From contig OZ320315.1 in the NCBI GenBank assembly GCA_976226885.1, positions 41,044,001 through 41,108,000 of the forward strand: a stretch of 64,000 bases of DNA. The letters run 5' to 3'. This document shows, piece after piece, positions 14,043 through 27,806 of the stretch (positions within the stretch are counted from its first letter, which is position 1; the number at the start of each line of letters is the position of its first letter). The notes under the pieces were generated by a model that saw only the letters and a list, made by a program, of their open reading frames with translations, was not told the DNA's origin and did not search any database. A program made the position numbers and the translations under genes. The DNA comes from Iphione sp. A-MEVVRFRX5 (taxonomy: Eukaryota).

Positions 14043-14703
14043 CTGCCACACGCTCTGTCTGTCATTNNNNNNNNNNNNNNNNNNNNNNNNNNNNNNNNNN
14101 NNNNNNNNNNNNNNNNNNNNNNNNNNNNNNNNNNNNNNNNNNNNNNNNNNNNNNNNNNNNNNNNNNNNNNNNNNNNNNNNNNNNNNNNNNNNNNNNNNNN
14201 NNNNNNNNNNNNNNNNNNNNNNNNNNNNNNNNNNNNNNNNTTACGAACACATACACATTGAGTGCAGTGACCATATATTTGTGTTTTTCCCCCATCTCTT
14301 CACTGATGTCTATATAAAGGGACAGGGTGTGTTTATTTGTGTGTTCCTATTGCAACGATGACAACATAGGATCCGTTAAGTTATTTGGCGTGATAGGAAG
14401 CAAATTGTTCATTCAGTCATGTTTATTAACGTATGGTCACATGAAATCATTAGGAAGCGAAGATAACAGGTTATCCATTGGATCATCTCCACCCATTGAC
14501 ATTGCTGATGTAAGCCGTGTAATAAAAAATGTGAGTTTCCCTTCCATCAGCATAATTACATGCCACTTCATCTAAAATATTTCATTAGATTTTCCGCGTT
14601 GCCAAGAATGGTAAACAATCGACTGTGCACCTTTATATCCTTCTGATTCTCATATCGATTGTGGACCTAAAGTTGTGGACACGCAGGCAGGAACACACTC
14701 GCG

Positions 14704-14704
<1 letters not shown>

Positions 14705-14740
<36 letters not shown>
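14705..14740. repeat. (AC)n microsatellite
   Basis: Seen directly. Confidence 0.95.
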
Positions 14741-14741
<1 letters not shown>

Positions 14742-15320
14742 TGTATACATGTATGTACATACAAGTCATGCACAGGCTACACGACGATACAACGCATGTC
14801 GCATTAATAATAGCCACACCGAATGTACTGCAGCGAGACGACTCATCAGTTCTGCTCTGAGTCACTCGCCAGTAGTAGATCAGTGGTACCAGGCACCTGA
14901 CCCATGACTAGTGGGGAGGGAGGCAGGATGATCCAACAAGTATCTGAGCATCTCAGGTGACTCAGTCTCTACCTGTAAGGCGTCTTCATGAGCAGGTAAG
15001 GTAGTGAATCAAGAGCTGGTGACCTGCGTGCTGAACACCTCCTGGAGGAAGACTCCAGCACCGCGCAGATAATTCACTCGCTCAGTATTCGTGGGATGCG
15101 ACAAAAGATTAGATGGGGTGTACCTGGTGTAACTATCGCGCAACCTATATACGTAGGGGGTGTTTAATAGAGAGGTATACGGGACTCACGAACCTGAATG
15201 TTTTGGGGTATAGATTTCTAGGAATGTTTGCCCTGTGTAATGGTAATGACAATAGTATTTGTTGTTTAGATGTTGCCGGGCGTAACCAGAAACCACTGGT
15301 ATAGAAATACTCGACTTTAA

Positions 15321-15394
15321 TATTTGTCAAAACATCAGCAAACGTGGGCATACAGTAGGGCAATCTTTCGAGTGGGTACCACAGCTTTCTTCAG
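15321..15394 (-). mobile_element. Decayed hammerhead-bearing repeat related to the 37.9-kb insertion
   Basis: Minus strand CTGAAGA-A-AGCTGTGGTACCCACTC-GAAA-GATTG with an imperfect stem II. The flank tatttgtcaaaacatc resembles tatttgtcaaacaacatc next to the 37.9-kb copy. Confidence 0.35.
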
Positions 15395-16689
15395 TGTCTT
15401 CGGTAGAGGGTAATGATCATAAAAATTATCAACGCTCAATCATTTGACAGTTCTGTATTTTAAGAACAAAGTCTTCTGTTTCCTGCCGTGTGGTGAAGAC
15501 AACGAAAAGACAAAGAAAAGGCTACGAAGGTTTTTTTCCCCCCCGAAGTAGTAAGGACACTGTATACCCCTTTGGCTTGATAGTATAGTGTGCGGGGCGT
15601 CCCCTGTCAGCTGCACTATTGACGTGGCGCCTCCTAGCGGCGACTCGGCGTGTGTGGCAGCTACTGCCGTTTGGCGGCTGGCTTGCAGATCAAAGCATTG
15701 GTTGGGGGGAGGCGTATCATCCGCCTGAACACCTGTACCGCCCGGTGCGATCAGGTGGACTGCAATGCCACGGGGAGAAACTGGAGGGGCGTTATGTGTA
15801 GTATGTATGTTTGCGTGAGTATGAGTAGTGGGCGCTTAATAGATGTGTTCGTGCCTCTGTACATGTGTAGAAGATCGTGTTTACCTCGGGTCCCTAGTGG
15901 CAGGAGTCCGTAGGTGGAGAGGGACATACATATGGGAGGCAGCTAGGCCCAGTTGGATGGGCAAGGGAAGAGGTACACATGCACTTACATGTATACACGC
16001 ATGTATATATGTATATTGGAATCCCTCATTCCGGATATCCCTCTTATATCAGTACACGTACATATCACAGTGTGGACAGGGAAAAGACAGAACCAAGTCT
16101 AAATTTATGTTTAAATATTCCTGCTATACCGGACACCCACTATATACGTTTTTACAACGAGTTAAAGCACATTTATATTTTTATTCGGGCTTATTTCCGT
16201 TGCTTTTGATAATGTATTTGAGCAATTACTTGAAGGCAGCGCTACCATTACAGTTAACTCAGCCCACTGTACAGTACTGAAGGTACATGTAATACGCTGC
16301 GCACGATTATGGCGATTCGAGAGTTGTTAGCTACTAGCGCTGGTTGACCTCCAGTCCGTGTCACTGGTCATGTATATGTGATGAGTGGTTCATGGTTAGT
16401 CGGCCCGGCATCTGTATTTTTACGTGTTCCGGGATTAAAGAGACGGATATTCTATATATATTTATGGCGCCATAGGTTTGTCACTAGTGTAAAGGATTTT
16501 TTTTTAGTGTAAAGGAAGCAAATACTCGGGTTTTACCCATATTATCTGGATACCTGTGACACATATATTGCCCCACTTATTTTATAGTTACTGACATTAT
16601 TACCGTAAACCTGTCTGTTTATGCACATCCTCGTGCTACAGTTGAACACATGTGACAGAGTGAATGTGGTTAGTGAGTCGGTGAGTTGG

Positions 16690-17900
16690 TGAGCGAGTGC
16701 ATTTGTGTCGCTCCCCTTTTTCGTACCTCTGACCGCAAGGCACAGTTCCGCGTGCGTTTTCCGCATTCGGGCCTAGATTCTCTACCACAGGCCGCCTGGT
16801 TCTCCACCATTGCACAGTCTGTGTTGAAGAGGAGCGGCCGATGGGCCACTTTACTGGCCGCACCGCGTCTGCGTAGGAGTTCGATGGTGAACGGAAGAGG
16901 CGGGGTGAGCATGGACTACAGCAGCTCTTCCTGCTCAGATTAGTTTTTGGACGTTCCAGCTAGTAGGGAAGGATAAGCTCAGTAGCAGTAGAAAATGCAC
17001 AGTCACCGTAATTGCAGTTAAAAGAAGAGGAGCGAACAGCAGTAAGAAGGAACAGCCAGTAGAACAGGCCCCCCAGTACATCTAGTAGGGCCTATAGCGG
17101 TATTAGTAGACTGCATCCTTCATTGGCCAAAGCTGGCATCTGCATTGCCTGTGTGAGCAGGTGCTTGGGCTGTAACCACCCCACCCCCACCCCAACCTCT
17201 TCGTGCAGCTGTTGTTTCAGCAGAAGCAGCAACAGATGCAGTAGCAGCAGCCGAGGCGCCGGGAGCTAAAACCAGGCCGCCCATAGAGTGAGGAGTGAGT
17301 GTAGTCACGGTGGAACAGACCGATACCCATCACCGTCTTCAGCTGAGTGGGCTAGTCCGCAGCAGCAGAAGCAGCAGCAACAGCAGCAGCGGCGGTGTCA
17401 GCAGCAGCAGCAGCAGCCGCCAGCAGCGTTGTGCATACGGCCAGCCAACGCTGACAGTGTGCGCTAGACGTGTCTCATGTACATGTACATGGTACACGTA
17501 CTGTAGTGGCTGCAGTATTTTAAGGTCGGTGGTAGCAGCAGCAATAGACTAGGATTGAGGAGATATTACCAGAAGCAGGAGGAGGAGGAGAACGGTCATC
17601 TCATCAAAGGACTTTCTCCGGAGAGGGCGGTCTGCTGGGTTCAGTGAGTAGGGAGGGGTCTCCCTTCAACCCCGCCTGCTGTCACTGCCGCCGTCACTAC
17701 CGCCGCTGTCACCGGTCGCCCCCGCTCCCCATCCCCGGCCCTCCAAGGCTGGTGACCGCATTCAGCCCCTTTGCCTGTCAATTTATATACTTCTCGCATC
17801 TCGCCAGGCGATCATGGAGGACAGCGCGAACGAGCTCAGCTCCCTGGGCATTGTCAGGTAGGCATCACTAGGGCATGTCAGTCGTGGCTTAAGACTGGGG
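16690..17900. promoter_or_regulatory. CpG- and CAG-rich island, probable alternative promoter/5' UTR
   Basis: High GC and CpG density, (CAG)n runs at about 17355-17430, ends at a candidate first exon. Boundaries approximate. Confidence 0.45.
17814..17857 (+). CDS. ena: Candidate alternative first coding exon of ena (MEDSANELSSLGIV-S)
   Basis: Kozak-like context gatcATGG, 44 nt (14 codons + 2), donor CAG|GTAGGC. Lies at the 3' edge of a CpG/CAG-rich island. Splicing to 37212 is in frame. No transcript evidence available. Confidence 0.45.
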
Positions 17901-18758
17901 TCGGGCCCGGCATATCAAGGTTAAGCCTCACCCCGCCCACTGTGCATCCTAGTGAACATTTACATGTACAACCAAGAAGAGATTCGGTTAACCTGTTGTA
18001 GCTACATGTATTAGATTAGTCAATACTACCATCAGGTGGACTCATTTACTAAGAAGAGCAGTATTAATTTCAGCATTCAGATACATGTCCACATTCACAT
18101 TGTAGAGCGTATATGTATAATGAAAAGGTCCTCCTGATTCCACGGATCGTGGAAAGTATGCCCAAATCCATTGTTTACTGTGCTGGCCAAGTAAAAACCG
18201 TGTGTCGAAGATCTCCCGTGTTACTTTATGCCCATGTGTACACTTACGTTTTTCCATCTGCCGGTATATATGCGATTATTGCTNNNNNNNNNNNNNNNNN
18301 NNNNNNNNNNNNNNNNNNNNNNNNNNNNNNNNNNNNNNNNNNNNNNNNNNNNNNNNNNNNNNNNNNNNNNNNNNNNNNNNNNNNNNNNNNNNNNNNNNNN
18401 NNNNNNNNNNNNNNNNNNNNNNNNNNNNNNNNNNNNNNNNNNNNNNNNNNNNNNNNNNNNNNNNNNNNNNNNNNNNNNNNNNNNNNNNNNNNNNNATGGG
18501 GCACACCACCAGCTCATCTGATAAGAGACATATCTGCCGACCTATTGTTTGCTTGGGTTCCTATTTTGGATGCAGTCGTGCCGAGGGTATCATGTAGTCG
18601 CTTATGGCTGGCTCGGTTCGGCTGCCCGATCAATAGGAGGATCAGGATTGATCTCTCTATCTCTTTGCGTCGGTATTAACCCTGCTAACCCGAGTACTGA
18701 TTGGGGATGTTACGGTCGCAGAGGGATCGATACTTGCGCTCTCTACTCACTACATGCA

Positions 18759-18760
<2 letters not shown>

Positions 18761-18818
<58 letters not shown>

Positions 18819-18850
18819 TCCCTCTCTCTCACACTCACACACACGTACAC
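18761..18850. repeat. (TC)n microsatellite grading into (CA)n
   Basis: Seen directly. Confidence 0.95.
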
Positions 18851-19990
18851 ACTCTCATAAACACGCATGAAATCACACTAACTCACGAATGCAAACATAC
18901 GCATGCACATAATGTATGTCTCAAATGAGCATTTAGCTGTGTATGCGAAATTTACTGACCGGCGCGAATCGATTACACACATACGCGCGTACAGCAGAGT
19001 GTATGTGTCATAACCCCTACCTTATTTACCGACCCCCCCAACCCCCATCCCACCTTTCCTACACCCACCCTCCTCATCTTGTTTGAGTCATCAGACGTGG
19101 ACCACCTTGAGCAGATTGGGAGTCCCTCAGTCTGGCTCAAAGCCCACATTCCCTTCCCTCTAGTGGCTGTTACCATCTCGTCTAAAAACATGTACTTCAA
19201 GACGGTGTGGTGTAACACTGTGACAAGCTGTATAGCGGCGTAGCTTGGTTATTTTTAGGGAACAGGGGACAGAGTAGGATGTCGGTTCCAGTTGTGTTGG
19301 CACAAGGGGAGGGGGGAGGGGGAGTTCACCATTGTGTTGCATATTAGCCCATTATGGTGCCAGCCAGCCAATCCGTTGATGCATACTAGACGCCAGTGAC
19401 TCATCAGGACAGCATCGATTCTCATAGAGGTCGTCACCCTCCTTGTAAGCCCCCCCTCCCCCCACCATCCTCCCACCCACCCGCGACATCGTCGCCCTGG
19501 TCAAATTCCCAATTTGAACTCCATACGTGACCACTGTGATATCTACCAATTACCTGGGTTCTTGTGATTCTCTGCGGGATTGAAAGGTTCGTCAGGGCCT
19601 CCTAGTTTAGCAAAAGTGCAAGTTCGGCTTTGATGTGATCGCAGCGTGCGCTTTTGGAAGCTGGCTGGGCGGGGCTTGTGGGAGGGGTATGATGAGGGTG
19701 CAGCTCTGCTATTATACAGGTGGGGGTGAGTCACCACGCCACCTGCAGGTCACACCTCGAACTAGCGTGACCGTCCTCACTATCATTAGTGTAGTCGTTC
19801 GTAGCTTTCGTCTGGCTGTCAGTCTGTCCTCAGTCATACCACTTAATTCTCGTATTAATCTGTTCTCTGCAATTTCATCTCGTTGGCTCCTGTTTCTCCA
19901 TTGCTCCTCCTTATTTCTACACGGTATTCCCTCATGTACCCCGTTATCTGTCTTGTTACTGGTTGTTCAGTCGGTGACTTCCCCCCTGCT

Positions 19991-19998
<8 letters not shown>

Positions 19999-20073
<75 letters not shown>

Positions 20074-20083
20074 TCTCTCTCTC
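19999..20083. repeat. (CT)n microsatellite
   Basis: Seen directly, with a few CC interruptions. Confidence 0.95.
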
Positions 20084-23000
20084 TTCCTATGTTATATATA
20101 TATATGCCTATCTCTGCTTCTGCCTCTCCCCCCCACCTCCAAGACAAACCTTTCTATGACCTACACAGCTGTGTTTACCTATTTGAACGACACGCCCACG
20201 CACTCATAACAAGCACGCTATCACAGTCGGTCTTCGGTCACCACTAGCACAGCTGGTCACCATAAACTAGTCGGCGTACCTTATATAAACACATTATACT
20301 AGAGAGAGCCCGTATGGAAGAATCACCATGAAATGCCAAGTTCAAAGGGTTCATTGTTAGCGACGTTGTATGCTGCTGTATGCCACACTTTTATCTTCTA
20401 GACAGTAAAACCTCTGTCTGTCGTATAATTTGTTCAACCATCTGTAAGATATGTTCATATTTAGAGACGGGGGTGTTCATCAGTTTCATGCAAACATGCA
20501 CATCTGTACGTTTTGTATATTACCTACCCTACCCTACCCGTCTCGCTTTGATCGACCTAGTTTCAACCTATCAATCTGCTCTTTCTAACTCACTCTCTCC
20601 TCAAAGTAGAGCTTTTAACCATCTGTTTTACCTGCCCACTGTCTGTCCTCATCTCTGTCTATTGGCATTCATTTCTCGCTCTTCTCACAGAACGACGCGG
20701 TATCTGAGTACAGCACACAATAGACCTTTCGCCATCGGAGAGTTGTTCGAGAGGTGCACATCTGTTATTTATTAAGTGTTAGCTGTCTCTCATGTGTCGT
20801 GTTTAACCATTGTGTGCCTTCTAACCGAACACGGGTCTGATGTAGAGACCTTGTTAAACATACACAGAGCGTCAGGGAAATCGAACGGGATTTTGATTTA
20901 CTGAGTTGGACGTAAGGCCACCCATTGTTCAGGTTCCCGTTCTGGTTGCCTTTTTTTTTATCACATTACTGGAGCTCAACTGCTAGGTTTGTAACTGTGT
21001 TCCTTTTACGTTTTACGCAGCTCACGGTTTCATGTCTCTGTCTGTACTACTGTGCGGATGGTCCTCCGATGATATTTTAACTGAGCGTCTCTGATGGTAC
21101 TTTTAGACATGTATTGAATCAATTCAAAACAGCATCTCCCAGCAGGAACAGAATGTTAAACATTTATGAAACCATGAAACCAAATTGCGCATTTCGAAAT
21201 AGGTTGAACCAGTAAACGTGACATTATCTTGAACCACATGGCTGATGTTCAGATGTTCAACTGCGTTAAATCTGTTTTCAACAAATCTGTCACTTACCTG
21301 AACAGGAGAAGACTGTCCAATTTACTGGGTGAAAAAAAGTGAAAAAGATCGTTGTAATTTAATGAAATACATGTAGTTTCATATGGATCATTTGATGAAG
21401 GGAAAATTGGTCCCACCTTTAAGAGCAGTTTCAGTTAAAATTACATCGGACGGTCTGTTTAAGTGGCAATGTAGTTATTTCTGATAGCATCGCCCTAACT
21501 GATAGAGGATTCAGGTAGGAGATAATCCGGTTGTTAAGCGTCAAGTGTGCATAATGACAGGGCTCGTGCCGGAGTTGGCCCCACTCTGGGTGGAACACGG
21601 AATACAAGATTGGCCTTTTTTCGCCTTAATACTCCCAAGTACGAGAGGAGTCCCACCGGAATACAACTATACATGTACATGTATCGTGAACTCAAACAGC
21701 TGCATGTGTATGTAGTTCCATATGCCACGTCTTCAGATATGAATTATCTGTCGTTATAAGTAGTAGTAGAAGAAAGGGAAGTAGATATACTTGAGAGAGG
21801 AAACGGTTCGGTCGATTAGTGTTGAAATGTCTTGAGCTACAAAAAAAACCCATCACATGGCATTACAGTCTCAGAGGGGCGGGATGTTTATTTTTCGAAC
21901 AGGAGAACGACTTCACATTTAGGGTACAATTTTTTATTTTAGCGAATGATAAAGAATTTGTAACAAGCGTGTAACACTTCCATGTTCTCACATTGTTGTG
22001 GTATGTTATGGCCTATATAATATGTGTCTGATCTCCTTAAAAAATGGCTAATCTGGGGTATCTTATGTTAGTGTGATTACAGCGGACCGTAATCGGGTAA
22101 TCATATTGGTCGTTTCAGTACATAATACGCCCTAGGTCTCCGTGGAACAGATGCACTGCAAGCCTGCAGTATCGCGGGTTTCTGTCCAATACGTCCCTCA
22201 TAAAAGTTGATGCCGCACTAAATCACGGTACGGGATTGGCGTGTGTGCGTGTGACATGATCTCTGGTGTGAAGCCCGCTGTGTGGCAGCAAGGGAAGGAC
22301 GACTGGATGAGGACATGAACATTAAAGTGCGGGGGCTGGGGGTGGGGGTTAGGCAGGGTGTGAGGATGGAGCGAGCCGGGATCTTTACTGCTCAACCAGC
22401 CATGGTGTCTGTGTACAAGGGATGCATATATGCATCAGCAGCAGGGCCAGCCGTGCAGCGAGTGGGCCAGCGTGAGAGGGGCTCCAGGAGGCTGACCCTC
22501 TTGGGAAGGACGCCGCCACTGCCTCCTGGGTTGTTAGGCACGGGGTCCGTTGGGGGGCGGGGTTAGGGAGGGGGTTAAAGGGAGGTCAGGAAAATGATGT
22601 AGAGTTGCCCGTGGAACAGGGTTCCTACTAACCCTATTCATGGATATCACAGGCCAATGATCCATGATGATCGCGTACACTGCATTTACGAACTGACACG
22701 AAAGGGTTAAACTCGCAGGACAGGCGGATATCATGGGTTAATGTGGCTATCGGCGATGCAGATATCGATAACAAAGAAAGGCAAAACAAGGCACGGCTGA
22801 GGAAAATCCATCCACGAGTGAACTTGAATCTTCCTATAGAACCCGGGCTTAGATACATGTAGTTTGTATAACGACAATGGCACACGAGCAGCCACGTCAA
22901 TTTCTTTCCTAAAGGCACATAACTCCGCCTTGAGTTAGCACTACCACATCCTCCAAATACCACAGTCAATTTGTTTGTCATTATGCCTTTATCCATTCCT

Positions 23001-26000
23001 CACTGAAAATAGTCGGGCTGTATCTAGCAGCTATCATCAGCTTCAGTATGTAATTTTTATATTATGTAGTTCACGGTCAGCTGGCAGCGCTTAGCCTGTG
23101 TAGAGATACGTGTACATGAACAAATATGTATTCCTTATTCATGTTTTTATCACAGTTCCTTTAACGGTTCTTAGCATCCATTATACTAAGTGAATAATGT
23201 GTGCGCTTAAGTACAAAATCTAAATCTAATTGTTTAGTCTTTTTTTTCATGATAGTCAAATTAAATCGTTCAAGACTTCTGGTCAAAATTAATCTGATCC
23301 AAGAAGAGGCAGCGCACTGATATGCCATTAGAGTTATTTGAAATTCACATCATTATCTTTTTTCTTTTACCAGTTCGTTCAGTTCACACTAAGTGGATTT
23401 AGAACATCCTTCCACCTGAAAATTGTCAGCACCTAAATTAACTGGCGGAAGACGTAAATGGGATCACCGAAAGGGAATTACCAGCTGTGTTTCATTGAGG
23501 TTACTTCTTAGGCCGACAGGTGTCAGTGCATATTATGAGCAGCTCAGAGAGAGGGAGTTGTTGAACGGAGCACAGCTTACTTGCTTATAGAATGAAGCGG
23601 ACAGCGAGAGAAGAGAGCTAGAGAGATTAGAGAGGGGAGAGTGAAGGAAAAGACAGAGACAAACACAGACAGTCAGACAGTCGGAAATAGACATATAAGC
23701 GGATCCATACAAATGGTCACACGAACAAATAAAAAATGTACGGACTGAGGCGGTATCTGTCAGTATAGTCTTGTCTCGCTTACAAAATGTAGATGAGGTG
23801 GCCTACATGCAGATGTAGACAGACAGACAGACAGTCTGACAGGCAGACTGAGGAAGTAGAGTTGAAAGGATGCTTACAAATCGACAGACAAACAGGAATC
23901 AATCTCCTCTGCAGTAGCCGCCCCCCCCCTCCCCCACGCTCCCATGAAAAGCTCGTTCGCACAGAATAGCGGGACGCAGGGTTCTGATTGAAAAGCGTGT
24001 TGCCTGAAGGCAGAATGTGAATGAGCTGAGGATTCTTTGTAGACGGGAAGTCGATTCTTGTAGGAAACAACCGACAGGCACTACCTACACAGACACACAC
24101 ACGCACACACACGCACCCGGCGAAGCAGGGAGCTTCCAATTAATGTATGGAAGCATTGGACGAAAAAGAGATAATGTTATGTTATTTTCCTCTCTTCAAA
24201 AGTGAGTTGAAAATGAAAGAGAATGCTAGATAGAATGCCTTATTACCCGATCACTCTAAGGCCCTCTACGAAATGATCCCATTACCTTTGATGGGATCCT
24301 TCCCGGAACCATATTTACTGAGCGCATCCCTTTCTTTGTGGCGTGCAAGTGAGACACTACAAATAACAGTTGCCTCCAATCAGCCCAACAGCCCCATCTT
24401 CTCGACAGTTGTGCATTTAGCGGTCGTTGAGATGGTATCCTGTTTAAGCAGGGAGGTGAGCTCGCACAGGCGCGTCTCCTGAGTATTACCTCATGGCATG
24501 TGTCGGGCTGGTAGTGGCTGGGGTCTACAGGGGCAGATCGGTGACGAATCAAGTACTACCACCCGGAACCATCTACCTAACCCCCCCCCCCCCCCCCGCT
24601 ACACCCTCTCCTCAAGAGAGATTCCCTACCGTAACCCCCCCCCCCCCCGGGGGCCCAGACGTCAGCGTTCTCCTCCACATAGACATACCATCTCCATCGA
24701 CCCGCAAACCCTCTGGATCTGTATGACTCACCTGTAGGGTGGGGGTGGGGGTGGGGGGAGGTGTTAACCCTCTGGTTACCGTTCCCATCGACAGGGAGTA
24801 ATCTGCATTCCGTGCATCTGGGTGTTGCTGCGGGCACAGGGAGTGGAGGGTCAATACTACTGGCTAATAAACTCGGCCGACGACCACCTTCAAGTGAGGG
24901 CTTAAGTCGGCGCCATTGACGGATGAAGCGGATGAGGAGGCGTGAAAGAAGGCTATTCATCGCAGCTGCCGTCAGAAAAGCTGCCACTTTTCACAAGCTT
25001 CTCCCTTTATATGTACAGAGGTTAAAAACACGTGGAAAAAATGACGATTCGTTTGTCCAGGACTCAGACGATGATTACTGCCTGCTCTAGAGTGATGACG
25101 ATTGTTGAAATCTTCTCGGAACGTATTCGACCAAGCCTATTTCGATTAGATAACGTCTCATATAAAATTCTTTCAGAATAAGGACTTCTAGCATTTCATA
25201 AGGGTTGACCCACACAAGCACAGGTAACAGAAGTGTCGTATAATCAGACTGGATTGGAAAGGAAAGCCTGAGTTCCACGTTCTGAACGTATAATCAGACT
25301 ACTTCATGTGGTTTCAGTTGTCTGTCTGTCCTTATTTGTCTTTCGGTCTCATGGTTTGTTTCTGTCCATCTCTGACATGTACGTTGTATGCTATTTTTTT
25401 TTAAATTATCCGTCGATGTGTTCACATCTCTGTTTCCACATTTATTTTGTCTCATTGTAACACTATATAACCTCATGTGGGTATCGGCTCTCTTCCTCTG
25501 TCAATCAGTCCGTGTACACATACCACGTTCTCAGTCACCAAGTGTACGACTTTCTTGTCTTCGGACCACGTGCCTTGCTAGCCACNNNNNNNNNNNNNNN
25601 NNNNNNNNNNNNNNNNNNNNNNNNNNNNNNNNNNNNNNNNNNNNNNNNNNNNNNNNNNNNNNNNNNNNNNNNNNNNNNNNNNNNNNNNNNNNNNNNNNNN
25701 NNNNNNNNNNNNNNNNNNNNNNNNNNNNNNNTGAGAAGACGTCGTCCGTGTCGTCGTCTGTTGGCGAGGACAGGTGGCCACGGGCGCACACCAGCCGCGT
25801 GTCTCTAGTTGACCTGGTCGGGTCACCGGGCGGCAGGGGTGGGTGGGTGGGGGATAGACTTTTTATTGATGGTTGGTGGAAGGGGTGGGGAGCGGATGCG
25901 TATATGTGCGTGTGATTAATAGCTAACTGGTCGATATAGTCGTCGAGATGATGTGAGAGGATTAGTAGGTCAAGAGGAGTCTAAGCGGCGATTTAATGGG

Positions 26001-27644
26001 ACTCATCTCCTGATTGTCATTAGAGTCTCTGTGTCTGACCCCTCCCCGCCGTCACGTTGTTTACGTCTGGTGATTTCACATNNNNNNNNNNNNNNNNNNN
26101 NNNNNNNNNNNNNNNNNNNNNNNNNNNNNNNNNNNNNNNNNNNNNNNNNNNNNNNNNNNNNNNNNNNNNNNNNNNNNNNNNNNNNNNNNNNNNNNNNNNN
26201 NNNNNNNNNNNNNNNNNNNNNNNNNNNNGGACCGTGTCTCTCGCGGCGGACATCTCTTTCTTCTTCCTTCTCATCTCGGATAACAATAACCATGTGAACC
26301 CATTTTGACCAACAGTGAATTTGATCGCATCAACAGATGGTGTAATATCCTAGGCGGCCATTAAATGATTGCGTCTATTGCCCTAGGGAATGCATTCGAC
26401 CCAGTTTTAGTTCCACATAAAATTATCAGCACATTGCGTTATCATTAATCGTTGGTAAATTAAATGGACTGAACTTTATTTTATTGTCGACTATGATGCA
26501 TTTCTTCGTGTGACTTTTGCTTCTTTTTAGGCCTGACCTGGTTATGGTGTAGGACTGACTGCCAGAAGGTAGATGCCCTCCTTTCAGAAAAGAGGTGCCC
26601 TTCACCTGTTAACTTCTGTACTCGTATATCGGGTAAAACTAACCCTTTCAAAGGTCGGGAAATTTGGGATATTGAGGACAGACGCGTCCTATTGTGGGGT
26701 AATGACGGATGCAGAGTGCGTCGGGGGGGATGATCTGGGTTAAGGGTGGGATGAAGTAATGGATGTGGACTGAGGAGGGTTTGCGTGTGTAGTAGTGATA
26801 GAGTTATCCACCAGAGGGACCCATGTGGCGGAGGAAGTGGGTTGATTCCCGCGAGATTCAGTCATCGGACAGGTGGAGCGTGAATGCCAGTCCGGTTTCG
26901 GGGAAACATCCTTAGTCAGAACGATACCAAACCCTCCCTTTGCNNNNNNNNNNNNNNNNNNNNNNNNNNNNNNNNNNNNNNNNNNNNNNNNNNNNNNNNN
27001 NNNNNNNNNNNNNNNNNNNNNNNNNNNNNNNNNNNNNNNNNNNNNNNNNNNNNNNNNNNNNNNNNNNNNNNNNATACATTATATCTACTAGGGAGTCAAG
27101 CAAAAGGGAACACATCACGAAATAAATGAATGCGGCAGGGTAGAGAGAGAGAGGAGCCCCTTTTTGCTTAACTTGGCAGAAAGCCGAGGTTTTCACATCC
27201 GTGAGCCAAGTTTGAGTGTCTCTGGAGGCTCTGACTGTCCACTGGATTAGTCAGTTGTGAACGTGGCAGCTAATCAGAAACACTCTTGCGNNNNNNNNNN
27301 NNNNNNNNNNNNNNNNNNNNNNNNNNNNNNNNNNNNNNNNNNNNNNNNNNNNNNNNNNNNNNNNNNNNNNNNNNNNNNNNNNNNNNNNNNNNNNNNNNNN
27401 NNNNNNNNNNNNNNNNNNNNNNNNGGGGGGAGATCACAGTAGTATGTAAGTGGGTTCGGAACACGAGGATTTCCCACACACGAGACCAAAAAAGTATATT
27501 TAAATTGTACTCGGTCGTGCATTATGAGATATGAAAGGTGACTGTCATATTTTCAGGCAGTTATATATGATGAAATCCTAAGGCGTAGACATGTAATCAA
27601 CCCATCTCCCTACTAGTCACCCCTACACGCAGTGAACATACCAC

Positions 27645-27647
<3 letters not shown>

Positions 27648-27736
<89 letters not shown>

Positions 27737-27806
27737 AACTCTCGAACTCTCGAACTCTCTCGAAATCTCTCGAACTCTCTCGAAATCTCTCGAACTCTCT
27801 CGAACT
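27648..27806. repeat. (TC)n microsatellite followed by a CGAA(C/A)TCT(CT) tandem array
   Basis: (TC)n to about 27734, then 8-bp units x2, then alternating CGAACTCTCT/CGAAATCTCT 10-bp units x5. Confidence 0.95.

Noticed and set aside
19796-19833. Hammerhead-like CTGAGGA...GAAAGCTA on the minus strand
   Set aside because: Stem II needs a 2-nt insertion and a mismatch, and there is no stem I. Compatible with chance, though it shares a CGAAC 3' flank with the 39.5-kb motif.
22421-22436. Perfect 16-bp palindrome GATGCATATATGCATC
   Set aside because: Built on a low-complexity ATATAT core and isolated.
26893-26921. CTGACTA...CCCGAAACCGG motif on the minus strand
   Set aside because: Core substitution plus poor stem II and stem III; not distinguishable from chance.
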